Of a stretch of DNA of 64,000 nt, positions 14,118-24,580 are shown one piece after another. The DNA comes from Octopus vulgaris (lineage: Eukaryota). The DNA is taken from NCBI GenBank assembly GCA_951406725.2, contig OX597818.1, positions 78,802,001-78,866,000 on the forward strand, read 5' to 3'. Each line of letters starts with the position of its first letter. Within the stretch, counting starts at the first letter, position 1. The translations under genes and the position numbers were made by a program. The notes below the pieces were generated by a model that searched no databases, had not been told where the DNA came from, and saw nothing but the letters and a program-made list of their open reading frames with translations.

Positions 14118-14302
14118 TAACGTCGCAAGAAATTTGAAAAGCTAAACGCGAAACCGGTCTTTCTTCTAAATTATGTCATTATAAGAGGAAAAAATTTTTT
14201 TAATATTCTTCAAAAATTTTTCTAATATTCTTCAGACATATTGACGCAAATATATATTTTTTAACATTTAAGCCTTCTGTAGTTTTTTCACTTTTTACTA
14301 TT

Positions 14303-14310
<8 letters not shown>
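14118..14310 (+). mobile_element. Solo terminal-repeat fragment of the Neptune-like PLE found at 52.7-55.5 kb
   Basis: Near-identical to 55351-55522 (aacgtcgcaagaaatttgaaaagc...ccttctgtagttttttcac); inserted in (TA)n. Confidence 0.85.
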
Positions 14311-14359
<49 letters not shown>

Positions 14360-15089
14360 CATACATACACACACTATATATATATATATATATACACACA
14401 CGCACAAACATACACACGTGCACACACAAACACACAGGCACATGCACACTTATATATAGTCATGTGTGTGTGTGTGTGTTTGTAGTGAAGAAGAAAGTTA
14501 ATATTAAAGAGGAATAACAAGAAGAGTCTCAACGTTATTAAATGAGAGTTGTAACATTCATTTAATTAAAAATGGTATTTATTCTCCGAAGAGTGCAAAC
14601 AACACATGAACGCCGAAGCAAAAAATAAAAGAAAAGAAAAACGAAGTGAAATCGCTTCAGTTGCTCTAAATATAACATAGATATAACTGAAATACATTGT
14701 TATAAGAGGAGGCATATACCATGGTGTAAGGTATTATCACCTCCTCTTAGTAAGTAAGTACTCGCTTGTGTTCTAGGACACATATTACTCGGTTTCCCTA
14801 GGGTAATCACAACAACATTTGAAGGAACGCCAGGTCACTCATTTACATCGGAATAGACTGGAGTAACGTGAAACGAAGTATTTTACTCAAGAACATTATT
14901 TACTGTTCGGTCCGAAATTCGAAACCACGACCTCATGTGTAACACCCTAATAACTAGGCCATGAACACACTCTCTCTCTTATTTTAGAAACCAGGTTTAA
15001 AATGAAAAGTGACTTTGACTATAATAGAATTCTATTTTAGATGAAAGCAGGTGGGATACAAAATTGTCAAAATATTAAAGAATTATTGC

Positions 15090-15525
15090 TTGGGCACGGC
15101 TGTATGGTTAAGAAGGTCGCTTCGTAACCTCGTGATTTCGGGTTTAGCCTTAATGCGCGGCTCCATGGCTAAGTGTCGTCTATTATAGGCCCAGGCCAAC
15201 TAAAGCCTTATGAGTGAATTTGGTAGAGAGGAATCTTGTGAAAGACTGTCATATATATATATATATATATACATACATACATACATACGTACATACATAC
15301 ATACATATATATATATACATACATACACACACACATACATATTCGTTTTCTCACCGTTTGAAAACCGGTGTTGGTTTGTTCTTGTCCTTGGGATTCGGCA
15401 AAAGAAACAATGAATACGTTACAGAGTTTAAACAAAAATAAAAACTGGCATCGAGGGGTTCAACTGAAACCCTCTAGTGATTTCTAGCAGGGCCGCAGCA
15501 CAGTGATTGAAACAAGTAAAAAATA
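15090..15525 (+). mobile_element. tRNA-derived CORE-like SINE, family B, with internal microsatellite
   Basis: ggctgtatggttaagaagg head and ccatggctaagtgtc core; homologous to 28735-29110 and 35668-35825. Confidence 0.65.
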
Positions 15526-17236
15526 GTAGGTGAAAGTCAAATATTCATCTAGAACCTTTTCTGAGTCGTTAACAAGTTCCCTTCGCAATTACGTAGTTTT
15601 AGGTTCGATATCACTGCGAGACATTTGTCTTTCTCACAGCCTGTGGTTGAAAAATAGCGAGTGAATGCTGCAAATAATCTATTGTAAGCCCATGGTTTTA
15701 GGGCAAATTTTATTCTTTTAACCAATTTCCGAGCTCCTGAAATGGGCCATGGGAACTGGCGTTCCTCTTCTACGAAAGTCATTAGAAAAAAGAGAGGACG
15801 TTCTAATATTACAAAAGGACCAGTAATTGCCCGATTGCTATAAAAACCAATAAAAGATTCGAAGGCTTTACATACGCATAAACAATGAATAGTTAATGAT
15901 CGTAGCAGAAACAGGAACAAAGCCATAAGTTTGAGGAGAGAAAATTAGTAAATATCATCGACCCCGATACTAGGACTGCTACTTGGTTTTATCGACTTTG
16001 GAAGTGTGATAGACAAAATTGAGCTCGATAGTATTTGAAATCAGAATATAGAATGTTGGAAGAAACATAAAAAAATTCTACCGACGTGCTAACGATTCTG
16101 TCATTTTTTGCACTTTCGTGCAGGTGATCATTCCCATGTCGACTAGCAATTAATGAGTTATTCAGTTAGATTATTAATTTTGTTTTAAGTATACAGTTCA
16201 ATTAAATAACTGCGCTTTTATTTACCCACAAGCCATGCTTCAGCTCCACGCTTTCTCTTTGTTACTCTTCAATTTGTTATATATCTCACTGTATTTTTTC
16301 CCAAATCATTGCAGAGATGCGGAATATGATGGGCTTTGCTAGCTCGAAAAGTACCTAAGATACGTCATATATGAGGATAGTGCCCTTATGATACCTTTAA
16401 GGATTTTAAGGTCCAAGGTAAAGCAAGGTAGCACATAGTTGTAGTGCTGACATAGGACTGAATTACAACTATAATGGACATATTTGTAAAAATGTTGAAA
16501 TTGCAAATTGAACAGGTAACAAAACATGTACTTACAGATAGATAGCATTTTAAAGCAGTTCCTTTTGTGAAATGCAACTTGTGCATTAGTATATTACATA
16601 TAAATAATAACTGGTGAGAAAATAAACTTATGTTTTGTCGTTATCAGTTGTGAATTGCTTTATCGTTTTCTCAATTAGTTTTATCAATTGCATTACATGA
16701 AGACGATCCTTGTTAATTGACTGTAATAGATTGGTTTATCTCATACCCACTCTCTTGACCAATAAAAGTAACTTGTTTTATGGTGACATCCTTTCCTTTT
16801 TCCTTTTTTAAAAAAATAAAAAATTCAAAGCACCACTTGACTTTAGTCTGAGCTGATAAGCAATACTTACGAGTAGTCGTTGCTAAACAGGAAAAAAAGT
16901 CAACAAATACCTAAGTAAAAGAAAAACTATAGCTCATTACAGTGCCTTCCACAATAAAAATCATGAGGATGTGACACAGACATAGATTTATAAGGCGAAT
17001 AGGATTATGTGACACCCATGCCTTTCTAACAACTATTGTTAATGCCTAAAAAGAGAAGATAAGAATTGGATATTGATGCATAAATTGACAGGAAGTTTAT
17101 TTTTAATATATGATGACCACCTCTAAGATATTATTTGGAAGAAGATGAAAACAACAACAACAATAATAATAATAATATTGTAACAACACAATTAAATGCT
17201 GAGTTTATATTGTAAAAAAAAGTAATAATAATAATA

Positions 17237-17772
17237 GCCCTGATGCAGTACCAGGCAGTGGCTCCCGTGGTTTCTGATCTTAACCGAGTGGAAGTGTTAT
17301 CATGTATATTGTTTGTCTTGGTATAAAAGATGGGCTACAGCAAATATTCTGCTCAATGCCACAGATCTGCTTGTCAGTTGTTTGACCTTAACCAGTTGAG
17401 CATGTCCCTTAGTGGCTGACGATATGAGCATCTCTAATAACGAGCAGAAGTAGTGGGGGGGGTGCATCATAGCCATATGTTGAGAGGGATTCTTTGGGGT
17501 TTGAATAAATCACCTCTGGAAATATGGCTGTTTCGTTCAACATCCTTAAACAATCTTTATTCAGGGACCTTTTGAGCGGGATGGGTTACTCGACCAGAAG
17601 AAAATTCTAACTGGGCCCCACCTGCAATGTCATGTGCCGTTTATCTTGATATGAGATCACCATGTCGCACACATATGGTTGTGATGCATGTGCCTAGTGA
17701 TGATGGGTATACTGGGCTTCGTATATTTTACCCCAGTGTCCCTTTGATGGCATGCACTGCTCTCTCACTCAA
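17237..17772 (+). mobile_element. ~530-bp non-coding element flanked by (TAA)n, full-length copy
   Basis: Starts gccctgatgcagtaccaggc, ends ctctctcactc(aat)n. Further copies at 21510, 22158, 33705 and 57207. Confidence 0.85.
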
Positions 17773-17839
17773 TAATAATAACGATAGTAATAATAATGAT
17801 GATGATGATGATGATGATGATGATAATAATAATAATGAT

Positions 17840-18350
17840 GCTAAAAATAAAATAATAGGGATAAACGCGCTAGCCATACCAGTCATAAAGTATAGCTTTA
17901 ACATAGTAAACTGGAAGTTAAGTGAATTGAGAAACTTAGATAGAAAAACTAGAAAACTACTAACAGCGTACCGAAGTCAACACCCCAAAGCAGGCGCAGG
18001 CAGAATATATCTCCACCGCTCAGAAGGAGGCCGTGACCTGATACAGATAGAAAACTACTATAAAATAACAACAGTTGGACTAGCAAAGAACTTAGAAACA
18101 AAGAGGGGGAAACTACTGCATGTACTAAAGTAGCATGAGAAAAAAAAACCGCTTTTCTCTATACATAAGGAGGCGACAAAATACAAAACAGAAGCAAACT
18201 GCACTAACACACTGACCTCAGATAACAACATAGCAGAAATGGTCAGAGAGCCCAAAAAACAACAACATGAAAACTGAATTACAAAAGATACTGAAGAAGA
18301 AATGGAGAAAAAAATCACTTCATCGCCAGTAACCTGAAAGGCTTGACAGA
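17840..18350 (+). mobile_element. R4/Dong-like LINE fragment (post-RT region)
   Basis: KNKIIGINALAIPVIKYSFNIVNWKLSELRNLDRKTRKLLT...HPKA...RIYL.RSEGGRDL; begins at a (TAA/TGA)n tract. Confidence 0.8.
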
Positions 18351-18648
18351 GTAAAGCATGTGTAAAATTTGAATGAAATCTTTTGGGTAGTTCTCGAGTT
18401 TTAGTGATGTACGTATACAGACACACAGACAGATAGGCAGCTCAGACATACAGGCAGGCACATTCTTAGTTTTATAAATATATTAATATATATATATATT
18501 GTTTGATAAATTCGTTCGAAATTTTTACCGGCATCCTCTCTGTCGCCGGGTATGATTTGCATCTGCGCAGAGGTTTGAAAAGTTAGGATTTACAAACCGT
18601 TAGATCTACATGTGGATCTAGCAGTCTGTACGTCAGGATTATTAAGGC

Positions 18649-18722
18649 TGTCCCACTGAAGAAACTTGCCTTCGGCGAATATTTTTTTGCTGGAAATAGT
18701 TAGAAACCGTCGGTCTGGGATA
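18649..18722 (+). ncRNA. Minimal type I hammerhead ribozyme motif in a ~340-bp TA-flanked non-coding unit
   Basis: tgtccca-CTGAAGA-aact...agtt(a)-GAAAC-cgtcg-GTC-tgggata: 7-bp stem I, intact core, one extra A at the base of stem II. Confidence 0.75.
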
Positions 18723-19581
18723 TAGTTGAGATAGTAAATGTTTTTAATTTTCATTCCTTTCGTGAATTTATCCCTTTTTTGTGTTCTAGCAGAACGCTTT
18801 CCTATTTGGAAGCCTTTTATTGTATTTATATATTGATATATATGTGGGAATGCTGTACACTGTAATATTTGCCTTTTGAGGTCATCTCATATAGACGCAT
18901 GGTGCATAAAAGCATGCATTCAGCGTTCTTACTAAACATCCACGTCAAGTTCCATATAAAGATTGCTTTTTGGTATTGTTACTGCTCATGTTACTAATAG
19001 TTATGTGTGTGTGTGTGTGTGTGTGTGAGTGTCAGTGTATGTGTGCACATACATACATATACATACACACATGCATATATATATATATGTGTGTGTGTGT
19101 GCGTGTGTGTGTGTGGTTCATAGTGTTAATATTTTTATAAGCGTAAGAACTGTAAAGTGTGGAGTCAGATATTATGAATAATGTTTTTGACTGTGACTTC
19201 GTAGTGTGATTAGCAGCTAACCTCCCAGCCACAATGAAATGTTAGAAATTGCATTCTTATATAAAACATAGTTTTATAAAGATACAGAATACAGTGACTA
19301 TCCTAAATGTTATGATAAAAACCTGAAGATTAAATAACCTCCAAGTTTAACAATTAAGAATTCCGTCTGATCTTGAGGCTTCAGTTTAAGAGAATTGAAA
19401 CTTAAGACGATAAAATGAAACACAAATAAAGGGAAAAAATAGAACGCATAAAAGTAGAGACGATGGAAGATAAAACGAAATGGGCGGATAATAAGTTATC
19501 CGTATCAGACCATTTTAAAGAGCAGAGATGTTAATTATAGGTATCCACTGAGGACTGTAATGAAATTGCCGCGCTACTCAC

Positions 19582-19614
19582 CTAAGTAATTATATCAAGC
19601 AGGATTAATGTCAT
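19582..19614 (-). CDS. Candidate first coding exon of SRCR gene B (one base short of the required phase)
   Basis: ATG ACA TTA ATC CTG CTT GAT ATA ATT ACT TAG|gtgagt, with TATAAA upstream at 19682-19677. One extra T would give MTLILLDIITL-G joining the signal-peptide exon. Confidence 0.35.
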   Translation of the reverse strand: MTLILLDIIT

Positions 19615-19860
19615 TATGTCTGCATTACGTTCAAATGTCTCTACTGTTACAGGTAGACCAGTTTGTTTCTCTTCGATTTATATTTTAACGTTAAAAATTT
19701 ATTTGATCTTCGAAGAAATACCATTCTGAATTTCTACTTAATAATGCATGGATGTGTGTTTATGTGTGCATGTGTGTGTGTGTATGTGTGTATGTGTGCG
19801 CGCGTGTGTGAGTGTGTTCGCTCGCGCGCGTGTATATACACGCGCGCGAGCGAACACACT

Positions 19861-19904
<44 letters not shown>

Positions 19905-19907
19905 GCA

Positions 19908-20220
19908 GTGGAGGCACATGGCTGAGTGGTTAGAGCGTCGAGCTTACGACCGTGAGGTTGTGAGTTCGATTTCCGGACCGGGCTGTGTGTTGTGTTCTTG
20001 AGCAAGTTCACTCAGATGTAGAAATGAGTTGCTACATCACTGGTGCCAAGCTGTATCGACTTTGCTTTTCCCTTAGATAACATCAGTGGTGTGAAGAGAG
20101 GAGGCTGGTATGCATGGGCGACTGCTGGCCTTCCATAAAAACCTTTCCCGGACTTGTGCCTCGGAGGGTAACTTTCTAGGTGCTATCCCATGGTCATTCA
20201 TGACCGATGGGGGTCTCTTC
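19908..20220 (+). mobile_element. tRNA-derived SINE, family C
   Basis: ggaggcacatggctgagtggttagagc...gagttcgatttcc (A and B boxes), then gttcttgagcaag core. Confidence 0.75.
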
Positions 20221-20329
20221 ATACATATAGTAACGTTTATGTGCCACCATAACGTGGTAGTTCCATAAATGACGATGCTACTGTTGTTTTATTCCCAGGA
20301 AAACATATTTTCCAGCTGGCTATCGACAA

Positions 20330-21335
20330 AGTATATGTCAGAATTTAGTATTTGCAAGGGACGTCATCGCTTACAGGACATCAGAGGCAACAACAAATCT
20401 ATGGGAGGAGTTACATTACTTTTATCAGGAGACCTTTGACAGATATTACCAGTCATCTTGAGACGAACAAGATCTGATGAAATAAAGGCATGCATTAAAT
20501 CTTCACACCTATAGAATAAAGTACTGAAATTCCCCTTCAATACTAACATGCGAGCTTCATTACATGGGGACCAATGTGCAAAACAGAAGTCAACTTGGCT
20601 ACTCCAATTAGGAAATGGGAAAGTACCATTTGATGGGAATGGTGATATCAGTTTGGCTCACATTGTTATCATGGTGAACTCCACAGCTAAATTGAAGAAC
20701 AGGGTATTGCCAGAATTATGTAATAATTATAATTCACATAAATGGTTGTGTGAAAGGGCAATTCTTACTCTAAAAGCGAGACAGTAGCAAGGATTAACCA
20801 TGAACTAATGAATAAGATTCTAACTGTCATTAAGAAGTACAAATCAACTGATTCAGTCCTTGATGAAAATCAAGCTATCCATTGCCCAACAGAGTCCCTT
20901 ATTTCTCTTGAGCCACCTAGAAGTCCTCCACATAAACTTTTTCTGAAGGTAGGAATCACAATAATGCTTCTAAGAAATTCAGACCCTCCTATATTAAGCA
21001 GTGGAACAAGGTTGATTGTGAACACATTACCACCTAATGTGACAGAAGCTACCATCATCAATGGATGTGCCTCTGGGGAAGAAGTTTTCATTCCAAGAAT
21101 TCCAATCAAAACAACAGACATGTCATTTGAGTTCAAACGAACACAATTCCCAATGCGACTTTGCTTGCAATGTCTATTAATAAAGCTCAAGGTCAGTCTT
21201 TGAAATTTGCTGGCTTGATTTTCTCATGGTCAACTTTATGTTAGTTACTCCAGGGTAGGTAGTTTGCAAGACCTATTTGCCTATGCTCCAAACCAGAAAA
21301 CAAAGAATGTTGTTTACCCAGAAGTTCTTACATAA
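20330..21335 (+). mobile_element. Helitron RepHel relic, PIF1-like helicase C-terminus (frameshifted)
   Basis: MGGVTLLLSGDL*QILPV, PPHKLFLKVGITIMLLRN, EVFIPRIP...FKRTQFP, INKAQGQSL, FSHGQLY...SRV. A probable 3' hairpin cccgggcaacgccggg lies at ~23457, beyond nested inserts. Confidence 0.9.
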
Positions 21336-21402
21336 TTTCTTTCAACATATGTGGTAGAATTTATCTCCTCTCATAAAAGTGGTAAATTTTGTATTTTCGT
21401 TA

Positions 21403-21471
<69 letters not shown>

Positions 21472-21509
21472 GTTATTATTGTTATTTTTATTTCTTTTTA
21501 CTATTATTA

Positions 21510-22037
21510 TTGAGTGAGAGAGCGGTGCATGCCATCAAAGTGACACTGGGGTAAAATATACGAAGCCCAGAATACCCATTATGACTAGCTGTCTGATAAG
21601 GGCGCGCGACATGGTGATCTCATATCAAGATAAACAGCGCATAACCTTGCAGGTCCGGCCCAGTTAGAATTTTCTTCTGGTCGAGTAACCCATCACGCTC
21701 AAAAGGTTCCTGGATAAGGCTTGTTTAAGGGTGTTGAACGAAACACCCATGTTTCCAGAGGTGAATTATTCAAACCCCAAGGAATCTCTCTCAACACACG
21801 GCTATGATGCTCCCCCACTACTTCTGCTCGTGATCAGAGATGCACATATCGTCAGCAACTAAGGGACATGCTCAACTGGTTACGGTCAAATAGCTGACAA
21901 GTAAGTCTGTGCTACTGAGAAGAATATTTATTGTAGTCCATCTTTTATACCAAGACAAAACAATGTTCATGATAACACTTCCACTCAGTTAAGATCAGAA
22001 GCCACGAGAGCCACTGCCTGGTACTGCATCAAGGCAT
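21510..22037 (-). mobile_element. (TAA)n-associated ~530-bp element, full-length copy
   Basis: Reverse complement of 17237-17772; bounded by (TTA)n and (TTC)n/(TTA)n. Confidence 0.85.
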
Positions 22038-22075
22038 TTCTTCTTCTTCTTCTTCTTCTTCTTCTTCTTCTTCTT

Positions 22076-22157
<82 letters not shown>

Positions 22158-22161
<4 letters not shown>

Positions 22162-22611
22162 GTGAGAGAGCAGTGTATGCCATCAGAGTGACACTGGGGT
22201 AAAATATACGAAGCCCATTATACCCATCATGACTACCTGTCTGATAAGGGTGCACCAGGCACACGCATCACAACCATATGTGTGCGACATGGTGATCTCA
22301 TATCAAGATAAACAGCGCATGACCTTGCAGATGGGGCTCAGAATCTTCTTCAGTTCGAGTAACCCATGCTGCTCAAAAGGTTCTTGAATAAAGATTGTTT
22401 AAGGATGAGGAACGAAACACCCATGTTTCCAAGGGTGAATTAATCAAGCTCCAAAGAATTCCTCTCAACACATGGCTATGATGCTCTCCCACTATTTCTG
22501 CTCGTGATCAGAGATGCACATATCATCAGCCCCCAAGGGACATGCTCAACTAGTTAAGGTCAAACAACTGACAAGCAAATCTGTGGTAGCAACTGACAAG
22601 CAAATCTCTGG

Positions 22612-22612
<1 letters not shown>
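22158..22612 (-). mobile_element. (TAA)n-associated element, 5'-truncated copy
   Basis: Same 3' end as the other copies; bounded by (TTA)n on both sides. Confidence 0.8.
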
Positions 22613-22654
<42 letters not shown>

Positions 22655-22656
<2 letters not shown>

Positions 22657-23238
22657 TATTATTCTATGTTTGACTTTTGCTTTATATTTGTAAAAGTTGG
22701 CTCCAAGTCTCACCCAGAGACCTCAAGAGACAACAGGTTGGAAGTTCATGTTGTTGTTATGCCTAGTGTGCTATATATTTGGGGGGGGGAGTTTTTGGTG
22801 TTGTACTAATGAATGTCTAAAAAAAAAAATTTTTTTTTTTTTTTTAAAACCGGAAATTATGTTTGTTTTAAACCTTGAGATTACATAGAAAGTATTTTGC
22901 GTAGGATATGAGCAGTTCCCATGAGCACTATCTTTTGAATTTCTGCCATTTTTGGGTTTCCTGGTATCTGAGTTAGGTAGCTATCAGCCCCTTTTGCTAT
23001 CATTCCCAGGGCACCTATGACAACAGGTATTGTTTTAGTCTTCAGGTTCCACATTTTGCTGATTTCTATTTCAAGATCTTTATATTTGCTCAGTTTTTGG
23101 TAGGTCTTGACAGATACGTTTATATCGATTGAGACAGTCATATCAATGAGGAGGCATGTTCTTTGTTTGAAGTCTTTCAATATGATGTCTGGCCTATTTG
23201 CATCTATCTTTCTGTCAGTTTGAATGGTGAAGTTCCAT
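22655..23238 (-). mobile_element. 5'-truncated R4/Dong-like LINE: restriction-like endonuclease, 3' UTR and (TAA)n tail
   Basis: WNFTIQTDRKIDANRPDIILKDFKQRTCLLIDMTV...KLSKYKDL...IPVVIGALG...QKIVLMGTAHILRKILS* (PD..D..K endonuclease). Confidence 0.88.
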
Positions 23239-23268
23239 TCTTCTTCTTCTTCTTATTATTATTATTAC

Positions 23269-23317
<49 letters not shown>

Positions 23318-23495
23318 GTTATGAATTCAGAATTGATTTCGCAATTATAGAATAAATTGTATCTCAATTGAAGAATAAATTGAATTTAGAATAACAAATT
23401 TCTATGCAAAATATTTTGCTTTTTTTTTCTCCCAATATATAAGGAAAGATTTCATTCCCGGGCAACGCCGGGTACCTCTGTAAGTATATATATAT

Positions 23496-24000
23496 GCAGC
23501 GTGTTCGGGCTAAATTTGATACTTTGCATTAAACGAAAAGAAAAACAATATCCCATTCAAAATTAAAAGTATTTAATTTTTTTTTTAAATGTCAACTAGA
23601 TTGTAGATTGAAGATAACTGTGTACTCAAAGTAGCCGCCGTTAGCTTCCACCATGGCCCCAAGATTACTCTGGAACCTGCTTCATACTTTTTTCACCGTG
23701 TCTCTGTGAAGATCTTAGAACTCCTCTTGGATTTTGGTCACCATCCCGGCCTTGCAGTTGCAAGTAGGGTGGTTGCTGTCTTTCTCAACCATTGTAACCC
23801 ATGTGATAACAATCGGAGGACTTAGCGGGCCAGAAATTGGGTCTGGTGAACTCGGGGGAATTCTCCGACCACCACTTCTAACATTTTCAAAAGGTATGGC
23901 AAGGAAATATATCCTGCTGCCACAGTAGTAACCGTCTTCAACCAGCGTTAGATCCCAGTCTCCAGTAGCTTCACGTAGCCCTCTCAATCGAGCCCAGGAC
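23496..24000 (-). mobile_element. Decayed DD37D-like Tc1/mariner fragment
   Basis: Minus strand reads ...SRFQSNLGAMVEANGGYFE, homologous to the C-terminus of the 7.7-8.5 kb element; TIR-like end at ~23496. Confidence 0.6.
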
Positions 24001-24244
24001 TCTGTTCAAATGTATTATGGGCAGTATGACGTCATCATCACTAGAAGCACATCTAAAGACCTACTGGTCTCAGTTTCGCTTCTCCATAGTATATATATAT
24101 ATATATATATACTCTTTCTGTTAGCTACTTATGACGTTATATCATATAACGTTTTTTTAAACAATATTAATAGCGTTCTGTCTATCGCTATACAAATCCA
24201 TCATTTTTTGCTAAAATGTCTTATTGACGAGTTTCGTTTTTTCC

Positions 24245-24330
24245 ACTTTCCTGAGGAGAAGATTGCATTGTTTATACTATTTATTCTTTTGAATAGTATC
24301 AGTGGAATTTTCGAAACATGTGTCGAAAGT
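24245..24330 (+). ncRNA. Minimal type I hammerhead ribozyme in the 5' terminal repeat
   Basis: actttc-CTGAGGA-gaagatt...aattttc-GAAAC-atgt-GTC-gaaagt; palindromic stem III (ACATGT) as in PLE hammerheads. Confidence 0.88.
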
Positions 24331-24580
24331 AAAAATATTTGATTACACCTGCGTTAACTCCATTTTTTATTCATATTATTCAAAATATTCAACGTAAACA
24401 CGAAGTTTGTACCTTTATAAACAAGGAGTTACAACACTTTTACTTGTGAGATTTTTTCTGCCCTGGTAACTATTTATTTATTTTTCCGTGTTAATTGTTA
24501 ACAAGGTAAAAATACACTCATCTATTTATAATACTTTAATCAGGTTTATTAATAACCTGCTAACTGAATAGTTACAGCAT

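Noticed and set aside
15549-15926. 125-aa minus-strand ORF as a terminal exon
   Set aside because: No recognisable domain and no partner exons; lies within the probable gene B intron. Not excluded, but unsupported.
17237-17300. HDV-like ribozyme or U2 snRNA-derived head on the TAA element
   Set aside because: Only a short hairpin (gcc.tg...caggc) is visible; I could not build the nested pseudoknot, and the U2 resemblance is about 10 nt.
20330-21335. Host PIF1 helicase gene
   Set aside because: Intronless, multiply frameshifted, four divergent relics in the window and Helitron-type termini nearby.
24128-24156. ATGA-led hairpin in the PLE terminal repeat as a SECIS element
   Set aside because: No 3' GA quartet partner or apical AA, and the ORF has no in-frame TGA.
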